The translations under genes and the position numbers were made by a program. The notes below the pieces were generated by a model. The model saw only the letters and a list, made by a program, of their open reading frames with translations. It made no database searches and was not told where the DNA came from. Of a DNA stretch of 64,000 nucleotides, positions 44,131 through 56,200 are shown piece by piece (position 1 is the stretch's first letter; the number at the start of each line of letters is the position of its first letter). The DNA is from a virus, in the IMG/VR virus record IMGVR_UViG_3300040856_003015, positions 10,893-74,892 of that record, one strand, 5' to 3'.

Positions 44131-47100
44131 TAGATTGATCCCAATGCTATCGCTCTTAGATTTTTAATGATAGGTACAAAAGAACTGTTTGATGAAGTTC
44201 CAACTATTTTTATTCTATATGATTTAAATGATGTTAAATTATCTATTGTATATTCATGCTCAATATATTCTACTGGTAATGGATTAAATGTATTATGATC
44301 AGTTTTACTTATAAATTTATCAGTAGTTCCATTATTTTGGGAGAAATCTATTATAGATCCATCAGCATTTATGTTTGAATAACCTGGGAATAATGTAAAT
44401 ACCTGACTGTCTCCAATAGAATATAAAACTCTAACATTAGAATCTATGTTAATGTATGCATCAAATATTACTTTTAATCCTGATGCTGGAACTTCGAGAT
44501 TTATTAAATTGGTTACATATTGGAAAAGATGAGGATCTTCATATAAAGTATTAACTCTATAATCATTAACATAATCTATAGTATTGTCACTAATTACATT
44601 AGATATTAATACAACATCTGTTTGTGATAAGTCTATTGCTGGACTTACTCTACTGTCAAGTGTAGTAAAGTAGGTATTTAATGAAATAGACTTATTAAAT
44701 GAAACATCATCCAACCATTCAACTTGATTTATTGGAGAAGCAATTAATCTTGGAGTATCAAAATAGTTAATTGAAATATTTTCAATATTTTGTGCTCCAG
44801 CATCTACAAAAGAAACTTCATTTCCACCAATAGTTGTTCCAGTAACAGTATTTATTTCATACTTTATACTGGTGTTAGTTGGTGAAATTGCCTTAATATT
44901 TGGATTGACTGCGTTAAAAGGTATATTATAACTTGCTATGCAACTCTTACCACCAACTTCTTTAGTTTCATTAAATTTTAAATCTGTTCTTGTTCCAGTA
45001 TCAATTTTTACATAGTAATGATTCACACCAATCTTATCTTTAATATTTGTATCAACATTAGATAAATCATGATCAGTATTTATTCTTCTTAAAGAAATTC
45101 CTCCAAGTTCGTATTTTCTAACAAGATCTTCATTAAAATGTTTAACTGGAGTTGTACTATCAACACCTCGTGTAATTCCAGTTAATGTAGTTGCAGTAAC
45201 TCCAGTGTACTCTATAATCTCTTTATTAATAATCACATAACCTGGATTTAGTACAGAAACACCAAGATTTTCAAAGGTTTCAAAATCTGATGTATCCGAA
45301 ACTGGTAATGCATCCGTAGAAGATGATAAGTAGTCGGATGTCAATTTAGATGAATTGATATCAGTCTCAACATTTTTAATTGTCACAAAATTGCTTTCAG
45401 AATACATTCCATGATTTCTATGAAATACTTTAATATGTACACCATCAGTTAATTTTTTCACTGGAGAATTAATATATATGGAAGTTCCATTTAAATCAAC
45501 TACTTGATTGGAATTATTAACATATTGAATTTTATCAGTACCAGATTCTTTAAATTCACCTTGGACTTTATCTATGATTAATTGGTTGTATCCCTCTATT
45601 TCAGAGACTGATAGTATCATTCCAACACCTAGGTTATTATTACCAATAGAAACTGGTTCTAAAAGATCTCCTATAGAATAACCAGACCCTCCATTTGTAA
45701 TTGTTGCAGAACTAGCAGAACCATTTTCTATAATAATGGTTGCCTTTGCATTCAATCCATCACTATTGATATTTTTTAAGTCAACATTTGTATAAGTATA
45801 AGTTCCTGATGATGGGGTAAATCCAATTCCAGCATTAATTACTTGTAGAGTACCAGTAGCACTTCCACCATATCCAACAAGAACACCTTGCGCCGTTGCA
45901 AATCCTACGGGAGATTGAATAATTCTAGTTCCAAAATCTATAGAACTTGTAACTGTAGAAGATAGTGATACTTTTACTTTTTGAGATTCAATAAGTAATG
46001 GATTTTCTCTCATTAATCCAAAAGTATCAGGTAAATTTTGGTTGAAAAATTGAGTAAATCCAGAAGATTTAAAGTCCGCTCTAAAAAGATTAAATGTTAG
46101 GTCTTCATATTGACTTGGAGTCCAAGTAGATGCATTCTGAGACTTAAATAGTGATCCTAATAATCTTTGAGTAGTAACTAGGATTTGATTTTGCTCATTT
46201 TCTAAAGTAGCTATATCTGGTTCACCTAACCTCGATATCCAAAGATTATATTCATTTGAGTTGGAAATAATAATTATTGCGTATTCTCTTTGCCCTTCGA
46301 GATAAACTGGTGATGGGAAAATAAATGATGTTGCTACTGATGCATCCTCGGATAAATTAACTTTATCTGGGGTAAGTTCTACTTCAGAGAATGCCAATAT
46401 TTTTTGTGATGGTATTCCTAACTCAATTTCCCTAATCTGAACAGTAACAGGAAGAGATTCATCTTTTGTTCTAAAGTATATATCAACTTTAGTTACAAAT
46501 ATTCCAGTTTCATCATCAACAATGAATGATTGGGCGAGTGGATCTCTATATTCTCCAGTTAATCTTGTGTTTGAATTTGTAGATGATGAAACCGTTGTAG
46601 TAGAATCTATAATTGCTTCATCAGATAATGATTTAGTTTCAACAAAACTAGTATCAACTTCAACTCTTGCATTCCTTAGTGATAAAGTAGTTGCTTGAGA
46701 TATATCTGAATCTCCTTGACTGTAGAAAGTTTCCTCAGCATAAGTAGTAACTACTCCCGGCACTTGACTATTTGTAGAACTACTGGTTAATCTGAATCTA
46801 GATCTTCCAGTCTCGAATCTTGGAGATTCTTCTATTCTATTGTTTGGTACTCTATAAGAACCTATTAAAGTTCCTACTCTGTCGGTAACTAGATCTACAT
46901 TGGTAACTATAGCTTGTGCACCACTAGATTCCCCATAGATAACCATATCAACTCCAACATATCCAAAGAAATCTGAATTAACTTCTTCAGATAAAGAGAA
47001 AGTATCTATATTTAAAATTGTACTTGTTTGATTATATTCTGTTGACAAAACATTATCTCTATCAAATGGATTTCTATCATATACATCAGTTGGATTATTA

Positions 47101-50100
47101 TATGGACCGTACTTATGATTTAAAGTCGCAACTCTAAATCTTCCAGAGATATCAAATGTTCCGCTAATACTGTAATTATTAATATATGCAGTCACCGATT
47201 CACCAACTTCAAAAGTTCCAGAAATCATTTCAATTTCTATCAATTTATTAAAACAGTAATCAGATACATTAACATTATCAAAGAATGGATATACCTTAGT
47301 GAAAGGTTTCATTCTTCTAGCAATAAATTCAATGTTTCTGGATCTCATATAATTTATGAGTTCCCTACTAACTATACGTTCACCTAAAGATTCTGTGTTT
47401 ATTTCTTCATTTACGGTATATTGAGTACCTGATCTAGATTGATCTAAGCCAACGTTTAAAAATTCATTCGTAGTTGTAACAGTTGTAGTTGTAGTTCCAG
47501 AAGTCTCTGTTCCAACTGTAAATGTATTTGGGACTCCTCCTGAAGGAACTTCCCCTACAAACTGGGCAAACTCTGCATCATTACCTTGTCTAGAACCTGT
47601 GTTAGTAAAATTTGATGTTGATGATGATGAATTTACTTCTGTTCTAACATTTACATCAATTCCAGTCGTTTCCCAAGAATCCCAAATTACTGGACTTACG
47701 CCAGTCCTGGATCCATCATTATTATCAGTTATTTCTGCTTGTAAAGATTCTGCTACACCTGTGAAAGAACCTTCCATCACAACATTATTTGGTTCAATTA
47801 TTGTAGTGTCTATCCAAACATCTACAGTAGGGTTCAATTCTATAGAACCTTCATATAAGGTGACAAAATAAGGGGTTACGTTTTCAGTTCTAGTTGCAAA
47901 TGGTTGTCTTAACCAAGACACTTCAGTATAATCTAATGTAATTATATCTCCAGAACGTTTTATATTTGATCCAATAATACTTTCGTATCTATAGTCCGAA
48001 TCCGACACAGAAAGTGGATTGTTTAGTACATCGTTACTCGCAATTTGTAACTTTATATCTGTTGTATAGTGTGATGGTCTTAATAGTCCTCTTTTAACAT
48101 CAATACTATTTTTAATACCAATAGGGAATTGTGTTAATAAAGATGTGAAATTATCTACAAAAAAACCAGATTTAAATCTATTAAGTCCTGTTCCATCATC
48201 AACAAATAATGTTTCAGTTTTTGTCTCTAATAGAGATAGAGAAGTTGTTCGTTCTAGTCTATTAAGTCTACTTTCAATTTTTGCGATATCTTTCATCTGA
48301 TATCTTTTATAACTTACAAAATCAATTATTGCGTCTTTAGTTGAGTACAAATATGGAGGCAAATATATATTAGCAATATTCATTGATCCAGATAAGACAT
48401 CTGGTAATTTTGGATCATCAGATGCTACTCCATTTTTAACTGAAAATGTGCCATCCCTATTTAAATATATTCTATCATATCTAGGAAGATAGTATGAATA
48501 ACCCAATGTTAATGGATCAGAGTTAGATATTATATGTTTTGAACTATGATTTGATCCAGAAAAATCTCTACCATCAAATTCAAAAGGTGATCTTGACCCA
48601 ACAGATACCGAATAATCTTTTACTCTAGGTCTTAAATCTATTATATCAGTTACTCTTATAGATTTTATTGTTGGTATTTCATTTGCGTAATCAAATGAAT
48701 TATAGGATTCTTTAGTTGTTATGTCACCAGAATCAGATCCATCATAGTATCCCCTCATATAATAAACTTTCAATTTTTTAGATGATGGAGAAGTGGAAGG
48801 ATTTCTAATTAATTTTGAATAATCATAATAAGATGGTTTTTGTCCATTGTATAAAGAATATTTTGAGGTTACATTTACACTAATTTCAGTTACTGACCCA
48901 ATATTTGCAGAAACATTAGATCTTTCAAAATCTATTATTTCACCCAAAGAAAATCTATTTTCATTCAAATATATAAACCCTATAGAAGTATCACTCTTCT
49001 TTTCTATAAATATTCCTCTTGCTTTACTAAATCTACCTTGGAAATATTCTCCTATAATCAAGTCATTAGTTGTTGAAGTTGCTCCTGTCATAGATGATAA
49101 AGATGTTACAGGAGGCTCAGGATCATTTACATTTTTTGATTCGAATATGCCGTATATTAGATTAATATCTGGTTTATTAAGACATATTTGCGAATCTTGA
49201 GTTCTTGTCCCATAAGGATAATCACCATATATTAATCCATCTTCCAATGTCGTTGAGCCTATTCCAGATGAAGGATTATTTGATTTATTAATTATTAAAG
49301 ATTCAACTATAACTTTATTTTTTGTTTTTGATGTTAAATTAGATTTTCTAATAGTTGTTATTAAGCGAGAACCAGTATCATTAGAACCTAAATTATCTAT
49401 TCTTAATTTTGTAGATCCGTCAATAAATGTAAATTTATCATCAGTTAAATTTTCTAATTGACCATTACTTCTAATTAATGTATATCTTTCTTCATCAAAT
49501 GGTAGAAAAATTTCATCAACCCCAGCAGATATAACTCCAGTAGAATTTGAAGTTATATCCACAGAAAATTCCTTTCTTATTGTTATTTGTGATTCTGTTA
49601 AATCAATTTCACTAATATTTGCTTTTGGAAGAGCACTAAATAAACCGTTATTATCTGAAGGATTTCCTGTATATTCGGTTTCGGATAACTTGGTTTCTAA
49701 TATATTAAAATCACTAACGGTTATCTGTGAAGGAGGTAATATACCATAGTTTACACCGGAGATACTTTGTATTTCTATTAATTCTATTTCTTTTGATGTG
49801 GTGTTTACTGATGTTACTTTCGAATATGTTATTGTACTTATTCCTGGAGATGAAAAACTTACTATATCACCAGATTTTACTTTATTTGATATATTTTCTG
49901 TAACCGTTGCAGTAGATGCTGTCCCAACTTTTGGTGATATTGTTGCAGAACCTATTTTTACTTTTATCTTTTGTACTGTATCACAATTAAATTTCTTACT
50001 TCCAGATGATGAATATATTGACTTTACATCTGATATGCCATAGTTTTTAACATCACTTATAACTCTTTTTGATTCGCTATCTGAAACATCACCTTCAAAT

Positions 50101-51674
50101 AATATTACTTCTTTATCCGAAAATTTACCATTTACTTGATAAACAGTAATAGTTGATGACGAACTAACATTAGATTTTAAGTGACCAGTTGCTCCGGTTT
50201 GTTGTCCTGTTACATACACTGGTGTATTAAGTGTTACTGGAGAATTCAGTGTAATTACACTATACATTTGTATATCAAATACACTTAAATTCCATAAATT
50301 AGTATTTAAATTATTTGGAGAATATGACCCATTTTCTAGGTAGAAATCATATGCTCTAGCTACACCAATTTCATTCCCAGATGCAACGGATTGATCTGAA
50401 CCAGTTCTAGAATCTCTTAGTGATAGGATTGACGAAGTGTTAAATCCAAATTCTGGAGATCCATAAACCCTATTTACATTAAATTGTGGTCCAAAATCAA
50501 AATTTATTGCCTGATAATCTATTTTTTTAGTTGTTCTTGGTTTTAATACATCTAAAAATACTGGAGAAAATGTTTCTACTTCATAACCCTTAACATATGC
50601 TTTACCAGCAGAAATTTTATATAAAGCTAATTCTGGTTTGGGTGTTGAACCGGATTGAGTTTTTTCATTTTTTGAATGTATACCACCATTTCCAAACCCA
50701 CTATTTAAACTCTCCTTTAACGAAACATTAAAAGATTTCACATAGTAATCTCCAGACTCATCATTAGTTCTTCTAGCAAACTCATCCATTATAAAAGAAT
50801 ATTCTGTTTTAGATTTTTTATCCCTTATAACACCATCTTTTATTGTAGTTAAAAGAATAAAATTCTTATCTTCAAAATCATCAATATCTTTTTTTGCTAA
50901 CTGTGTGGAGATTTTGAGTCTATCTGCCCCAGGAGCGGAAAAATTATTAAATCCTCTAGCATTATCTGTCAGAGATTCATCTTCATAGTAATTAACTATT
51001 GATTCTTCAACTAATAATCCAACTCTACAACTAGGAGTATTACTATATTGACTCAATACTACTATATCATCATATACTTTTACGAAATGTCCTCTAATAT
51101 AATAAATTCCTTCTGTTATACCAAACCCAGATCCTATAGAATTGCAATTTAAATTTATAGTTGAAAAAATACCTTCTCCTGGAGATATGAAAACATTGGA
51201 AGAAATCTCTACGGATTTTGTAGTTTCAATTATTTCATTGTCAATAAATTGTGATTTAGATCCATCTGTTGAAGAATTTATATAGTCAATATAAATTGTT
51301 ATATTATTTCTTTCAGATTCGTTTGCATTCAATATTTTTATTATTTTTGCAGTAACACCAGAAGATCTACCTTTTACGACTAGACCAATCAGTTTATCTG
51401 TATATGAACTTACTGGTATGCCACCAAAAAAAGAATTAATCTCTATACAATTAAAATTTTTAATGTATGTTGTTTGACCGGGTATTACTACAGAACCTTC
51501 CTTAAAAATGTGGTCGCCAAAGTTTTCGATTTGGTTTTGCAAAATGGACTGAATATTATTCAGTTCCCTTGCTTGTACAGGATATGAGGGTTTGAATAAA
51601 ACCCTATAAAAATTTTTATCGGAATCAAAGTCATCATAATATGGTGATACATTGAGATTTGTTTCTTGAGGCAT
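44130..51674 (-). CDS. vrlC: Large virion structural protein (VrlC/DUF4815-like)
   Basis: NLNVSPYYDDF, VQARELN, RFKSGFFVDNF, DPLAQSF, LFKSQNASTW. Confidence 0.85.
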   Translation of the reverse strand: MPQETNLNVSPYYDDFDSDKNFYRVLFKPSYPVQARELNNIQSILQNQIENFGDHIFKEGSVVIPGQTTYIKNFNCIEINSFFGGIPVSSYTDKLIGLVVKGRSSGVTAKIIKILNANESERNNITIYIDYINSSTDGSKSQFIDNEIIETTKSVEISSNVFISPGEGIFSTINLNCNSIGSGFGITEGIYYIRGHFVKVYDDIVVLSQYSNTPSCRVGLLVEESIVNYYEDESLTDNARGFNNFSAPGADRLKISTQLAKKDIDDFEDKNFILLTTIKDGVIRDKKSKTEYSFIMDEFARRTNDESGDYYVKSFNVSLKESLNSGFGNGGIHSKNEKTQSGSTPKPELALYKISAGKAYVKGYEVETFSPVFLDVLKPRTTKKIDYQAINFDFGPQFNVNRVYGSPEFGFNTSSILSLRDSRTGSDQSVASGNEIGVARAYDFYLENGSYSPNNLNTNLWNLSVFDIQMYSVITLNSPVTLNTPVYVTGQQTGATGHLKSNVSSSSTITVYQVNGKFSDKEVILFEGDVSDSESKRVISDVKNYGISDVKSIYSSSGSKKFNCDTVQKIKVKIGSATISPKVGTASTATVTENISNKVKSGDIVSFSSPGISTITYSKVTSVNTTSKEIELIEIQSISGVNYGILPPSQITVSDFNILETKLSETEYTGNPSDNNGLFSALPKANISEIDLTESQITIRKEFSVDITSNSTGVISAGVDEIFLPFDEERYTLIRSNGQLENLTDDKFTFIDGSTKLRIDNLGSNDTGSRLITTIRKSNLTSKTKNKVIVESLIINKSNNPSSGIGSTTLEDGLIYGDYPYGTRTQDSQICLNKPDINLIYGIFESKNVNDPEPPVTSLSSMTGATSTTNDLIIGEYFQGRFSKARGIFIEKKSDTSIGFIYLNENRFSLGEIIDFERSNVSANIGSVTEISVNVTSKYSLYNGQKPSYYDYSKLIRNPSTSPSSKKLKVYYMRGYYDGSDSGDITTKESYNSFDYANEIPTIKSIRVTDIIDLRPRVKDYSVSVGSRSPFEFDGRDFSGSNHSSKHIISNSDPLTLGYSYYLPRYDRIYLNRDGTFSVKNGVASDDPKLPDVLSGSMNIANIYLPPYLYSTKDAIIDFVSYKRYQMKDIAKIESRLNRLERTTSLSLLETKTETLFVDDGTGLNRFKSGFFVDNFTSLLTQFPIGIKNSIDVKRGLLRPSHYTTDIKLQIASNDVLNNPLSVSDSDYRYESIIGSNIKRSGDIITLDYTEVSWLRQPFATRTENVTPYFVTLYEGSIELNPTVDVWIDTTIIEPNNVVMEGSFTGVAESLQAEITDNNDGSRTGVSPVIWDSWETTGIDVNVRTEVNSSSSTSNFTNTGSRQGNDAEFAQFVGEVPSGGVPNTFTVGTETSGTTTTTVTTTNEFLNVGLDQSRSGTQYTVNEEINTESLGERIVSRELINYMRSRNIEFIARRMKPFTKVYPFFDNVNVSDYCFNKLIEIEMISGTFEVGESVTAYINNYSISGTFDISGRFRVATLNHKYGPYNNPTDVYDRNPFDRDNVLSTEYNQTSTILNIDTFSLSEEVNSDFFGYVGVDMVIYGESSGAQAIVTNVDLVTDRVGTLIGSYRVPNNRIEESPRFETGRSRFRLTSSSTNSQVPGVVTTYAEETFYSQGDSDISQATTLSLRNARVEVDTSFVETKSLSDEAIIDSTTTVSSSTNSNTRLTGEYRDPLAQSFIVDDETGIFVTKVDIYFRTKDESLPVTVQIREIELGIPSQKILAFSEVELTPDKVNLSEDASVATSFIFPSPVYLEGQREYAIIIISNSNEYNLWISRLGEPDIATLENEQNQILVTTQRLLGSLFKSQNASTWTPSQYEDLTFNLFRADFKSSGFTQFFNQNLPDTFGLMRENPLLIESQKVKVSLSSTVTSSIDFGTRIIQSPVGFATAQGVLVGYGGSATGTLQVINAGIGFTPSSGTYTYTNVDLKNINSDGLNAKATIIIENGSASSATITNGGSGYSIGDLLEPVSIGNNNLGVGMILSVSEIEGYNQLIIDKVQGEFKESGTDKIQYVNNSNQVVDLNGTSIYINSPVKKLTDGVHIKVFHRNHGMYSESNFVTIKNVETDINSSKLTSDYLSSSTDALPVSDTSDFETFENLGVSVLNPGYVIINKEIIEYTGVTATTLTGITRGVDSTTPVKHFNEDLVRKYELGGISLRRINTDHDLSNVDTNIKDKIGVNHYYVKIDTGTRTDLKFNETKEVGGKSCIASYNIPFNAVNPNIKAISPTNTSIKYEINTVTGTTIGGNEVSFVDAGAQNIENISINYFDTPRLIASPINQVEWLDDVSFNKSISLNTYFTTLDSRVSPAIDLSQTDVVLISNVISDNTIDYVNDYRVNTLYEDPHLFQYVTNLINLEVPASGLKVIFDAYINIDSNVRVLYSIGDSQVFTLFPGYSNINADGSIIDFSQNNGTTDKFISKTDHNTFNPLPVEYIEHEYTIDNLTSFKSYRIKIVGTSSNSSFVPIIKNLRAIALGSI

Positions 51675-51679
51675 GATGT

Positions 51680-53236
51680 TTAAAATTGAAGTATAACTTT
51701 AATAAGTTCTTTCTGATTTAAAGACCTAGTTATTGGAGGTCTATTGTCAACATACACTATATTTCCAGAATATTTTTTAACTTCTGGATTCGCAATTCCA
51801 TTATTAAAAACCTGGCCTAAATTATATGTTTTATTATTTATTTGAAGAGATGACCCATCAAATGAGTTATCTATTTGCAAAGTCACGGTGCCATTATTTC
51901 CAACAATATTTAAAGATCCTCCTGCATTGGGGTTTGATGTAAATTGGATAGGATTGAATCCATAATCCGGTGTTGTATCTAATGTATCATCATAGTTTAT
52001 ACCATAAAGATGTCTATCCTGCCAATACTTTAATACTCCAGTTAGCTTATTGTAAGATATAACTCTACCTACCGCAGTAGAACCAGTCCCAACTGTTTGA
52101 TAAATTAAACTATTTTGGTCAAATGAAACAATATTATATTCAGTTCCTTTAAGTTTTAGAGCACCAACTGCACTTGATTTGTCTAAATCCAATAAATCTG
52201 TAGAATCATATGCCTGAGGATTTTCAATTATTCCTATTCTTGAAACTTTATTTTCTAAAATAAAATCCGGATTTTCTAAATCATTTTCAATATTAGAAAA
52301 TATCATAACATTATAAGCACCTAGATCTTTGTATATATCAAATCCATGTCCGTCTTTTGGTGGAATTATTACTTTAAATTTTGGTGCAATATTTATTGGA
52401 AATCCTGCAGATTTATAATCTAATATTCCATAAGTATACCCAGATCCTCCATTAGTTACTACAACGCTATCAACTCTAGAGTCATTTCCAATAATTATTG
52501 AAGCTTCTCCATTTATACCATCACCCTTTATAGGAATATTTGTATAAATTGAATTAGCAGTTCCTAAACCAACTCCCCTATTTTCTATTAAAATAACTTT
52601 TAATTGTCCCGATGTTTGAGCATTTGTTCTTACTGCAGAGGTATCAATATTAGTCTCCCATGAATCTGGTATTGGTATATAATCTTTAGAATCAAATTTT
52701 ACGATATCACTTGGTTTTATTGTAAAGAGATATTTCCATATGTATCCATCTCCACTTAACCCAGCAGATTTTGGTTCTAAATCAGTAAATCTAGGTTGAT
52801 CTAAAGATGGTCTCCCCTCGGGGTGTTCTGGGTCTGTTCCATTATTTAAACACATATAAACTCTATAATCTTCATTTAACACATAAAAATTTGATGCGTA
52901 TAAATTAGTTGCTTTTGAATAATTTGAAACGTTTGTTCTACTAATATCATGTCTATACATGTCATACACAGTTTCTTCAGACCATGTAATTTTTCTAATT
53001 ACATGTCTAACATCAGATGCTGTTATTTTTTTTAATGATATGATAGTCTCCCAGAATTTATTTTGTTCATCCAGGTTGTCTTTTGGGGATGGTGGAGTAA
53101 CATTCCAATTACTATCATAATCATATGGATTAGTTAATCCAATAAATGAATAAAAAGAATTATTGGCATCTTTTAATGCACTAACAAAATTCTTTGAATT
53201 TAATATTCTTAGTTGATCTGTTATTATTGCCGCCAT
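51680..53236 (-). CDS. gp8: Baseplate wedge subunit
   Basis: AAIITDQLR, YRVYMCL, DGYIWKYLFTI, YVDNRPPITR. Confidence 0.92.
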   Translation of the reverse strand: MAAIITDQLRILNSKNFVSALKDANNSFYSFIGLTNPYDYDSNWNVTPPSPKDNLDEQNKFWETIISLKKITASDVRHVIRKITWSEETVYDMYRHDISRTNVSNYSKATNLYASNFYVLNEDYRVYMCLNNGTDPEHPEGRPSLDQPRFTDLEPKSAGLSGDGYIWKYLFTIKPSDIVKFDSKDYIPIPDSWETNIDTSAVRTNAQTSGQLKVILIENRGVGLGTANSIYTNIPIKGDGINGEASIIIGNDSRVDSVVVTNGGSGYTYGILDYKSAGFPINIAPKFKVIIPPKDGHGFDIYKDLGAYNVMIFSNIENDLENPDFILENKVSRIGIIENPQAYDSTDLLDLDKSSAVGALKLKGTEYNIVSFDQNSLIYQTVGTGSTAVGRVISYNKLTGVLKYWQDRHLYGINYDDTLDTTPDYGFNPIQFTSNPNAGGSLNIVGNNGTVTLQIDNSFDGSSLQINNKTYNLGQVFNNGIANPEVKKYSGNIVYVDNRPPITRSLNQKELIKVILQF

Positions 53237-53249
53237 TTTTATTTTTTAA

Positions 53250-56200
53250 TTATTTATTATAGAATTTATACGCCAATGAATTTTTTCTCCATAAAGTAGG
53301 ATTATTATTTAAGTTTGAAAAATTGTTATCAAAACCAACATCAAAATTCTTTGGACTTGTCCTCTTAGTTGCGATAATTCTTCCCCAACTATAATCACCA
53401 ATATAAGTTGAACTCAAAGTACTTATATCAGATATTAATCCATTGTAATCACTAACACTTACCAAAACTTCCAAATTATTAAATTCGTTTATTGTAAGTT
53501 CCGCACCATCATCTATTGTTAAAGAAATAGAATCTGCTACTTGTGTTGGAGAATCAAATTCTGATATATCTATCACCGTTGTATCAGAATTAATAATATT
53601 ATCTATATTAAAAGTATCTATTACTTTATAAACATTATCTAAATATGAACTTCCAACAGAAACAGTATTTCCATTTTTATCGAGAGAGGTAACACCAGAT
53701 CCAATATTAGAATTGAATACTTTAAAATAATAATTTTTCTTCAATTGAGATGTATTAACAACATCATAAGAGTAAAGATCGTCTTTTAGCAAAGAATCTG
53801 AAGATATTTGTAGTTGGAATATTATTCCTTTATTTGCTTCAGAAACACTTGTTGTAGATATACCAACAATAGTTCCATAATCTCCTTGATAAAAAACATC
53901 ATCTATAGTTTCCACAAGAGATTGTGGTGGTTGTATTGTTACTGATGGTATACTTGAGAATTCAATTGGGGAACTTATTATGTCAATAGATGTGAGTTTT
54001 CCTAAAATGTTTATATTTGATTTTAATACAGGTCTAAAAGATGCTGCAATACCAACTGGAATATCTACAAATAACTCTGGTGGAGATGAATATGCATATC
54101 CCTGATTTGTTATAATAAATGATGTCAAAATTCCAGAAGCATTCAGTACAGCAGTAGCAGATGCTTGTGTTGGTTGAACATTAGAAACTATCTGAATTGA
54201 TCTACTCTTTTCATTTGAAATATTTTCTTTTTTGTTGTAGAAAAATGGTAATAATGAATCCACAAATATATGTGTTGATCCAACACCAACTCCAGAAATA
54301 ATTTTTGTTGATGGGTGTATGTTGGGTTCATAAATTGCCCTGTCTTTTGTTATATAACCATCACTAGAAACAATATCATCACGCTGTTTACACCATATGA
54401 TAGGTCTTTCAATATTAAAGTCTGAACTTATTCCAGGTCCTGAGTATGGGTTAGTGATTATAGAATCTATAGATTTTATATCTTTAACATTCCTGAAATC
54501 TTGATTATAAAATATATCAGAACTTTCTAATCTGACATTATCTCCTATTTCTATAGATTCTGTTATATCTTTAAATACAACATCAACTCCAGGAGTTCCT
54601 TTGTAAAATACTATTTCACATCGATCACCTTTCTTAGGAGGTTCAGAGAATGTTATGAAACTTCCTCCCTCAAAAGTGTATCCAATATCCGGTCTTTGTA
54701 AAATATTATTAATGAATACAAGTAAAGTCATTTTAAGATCAATACTAGATCCCATTTTCGTTGTAATAGGATATATTTCACTATCGATAGATAGAGGGAA
54801 AGTTTTTCTCTGAGAATTAAATAGATTTTCTATGTTATCCAAGGGGGTAAATTCACCCATGGTCCACCCAGAGAACTTATCATTATAAACTTTTTCTATT
54901 TCTATAGTAAATTCATTAAAATTAGATTGATCTGTAGGTATTCCATAACCATCATCAATAGGAATTGTTAAAATTTCAAGATTATCGTATGAATATCCAT
55001 AATTTTTAATATTGAAGGATTGTATGGATCCATCTTGACTAACAATTAAGTCTACAGTGGCTTCAGTACCAACTCCAATATTAGGAGATGATGAACTATA
55101 AATTAGAGGAATGTTTGAATATGGTAGGGGGTCATCAATTAATACTTTTGGAGGATTGTTTGGATCCAAATTTGAAACAGGATTATTAATTGTTACTGAA
55201 TCAATCTTACCATCTACTATGTTTGCAAATCCAACTGTAATTGTTTTATATTTTTCAGTACTTGATGATGATATTATTTTTACGTTTACTAAAGGTTGGA
55301 TATTTTCTCTATAACCAGATCCATAAGATTCTACAGATACTCCCTGCAATACTCCTGGCAGATTTATAATTGCTGTACCACCAGCACAAACTAATGGTCG
55401 ATATCCAGATCCTTCAAAACTTTTTACAGATTGTATTACTCCACCTACTGGTAAACTAAATGAATTTATATCATATGTTTGAGAATTTTTAGAACCAGTA
55501 AAATAAATTGTACCTATTCCGGATTCTCCAAAGTAGTAAGAACCCTCTATATCGGGAGTTCCAAGTCTTCTTGGAAGTTGATAAACATCTTTTATTAGAA
55601 TTATTCCACCATTAAACTCATTAATATCACTAATATTTTTTTCATCAGATTTTAATAAGTAATCAGTTTGTATATTTTTAAATTCGGATGAAATATCATC
55701 AAAAACATAATTATTAGCATATGTTGTACTTGATGAACCAATAATTCCAGACCTAAGGAATACTCTACCATAAAATGATGAACTCGTTTGTATTTCACTA
55801 AAATCAACTTCATCCGGATCATTAGTTTCTACTGGAACATCTTTAATAATATCCCCAACAAAAGTTAAAATATTTCTGTGAATATTATAATTTCCACTAT
55901 ATTTTCTTACTTCGGAATTAGAAGAATGAGTTTGAATTCCAGTATTCATCCAATTACGTCTTACGCGACATAAATATAGATCTGTTCCAATACCTACATC
56001 ATCTATCAATAAAAACTCATCATCTATTTTTACTAAGTCTCCAGTAAATATAGATCCTATTCCAGTAAATTTTATCAGTGTTTGAGTATCATTCACATCC
56101 CCATCACAATAAGTAAAATACTTTGTTTTTGACAATGGAGATTGTATTACATTATCTATTGTTATTAAACACTTTTCATTTTGTTTTGTTGCTAAAAGAG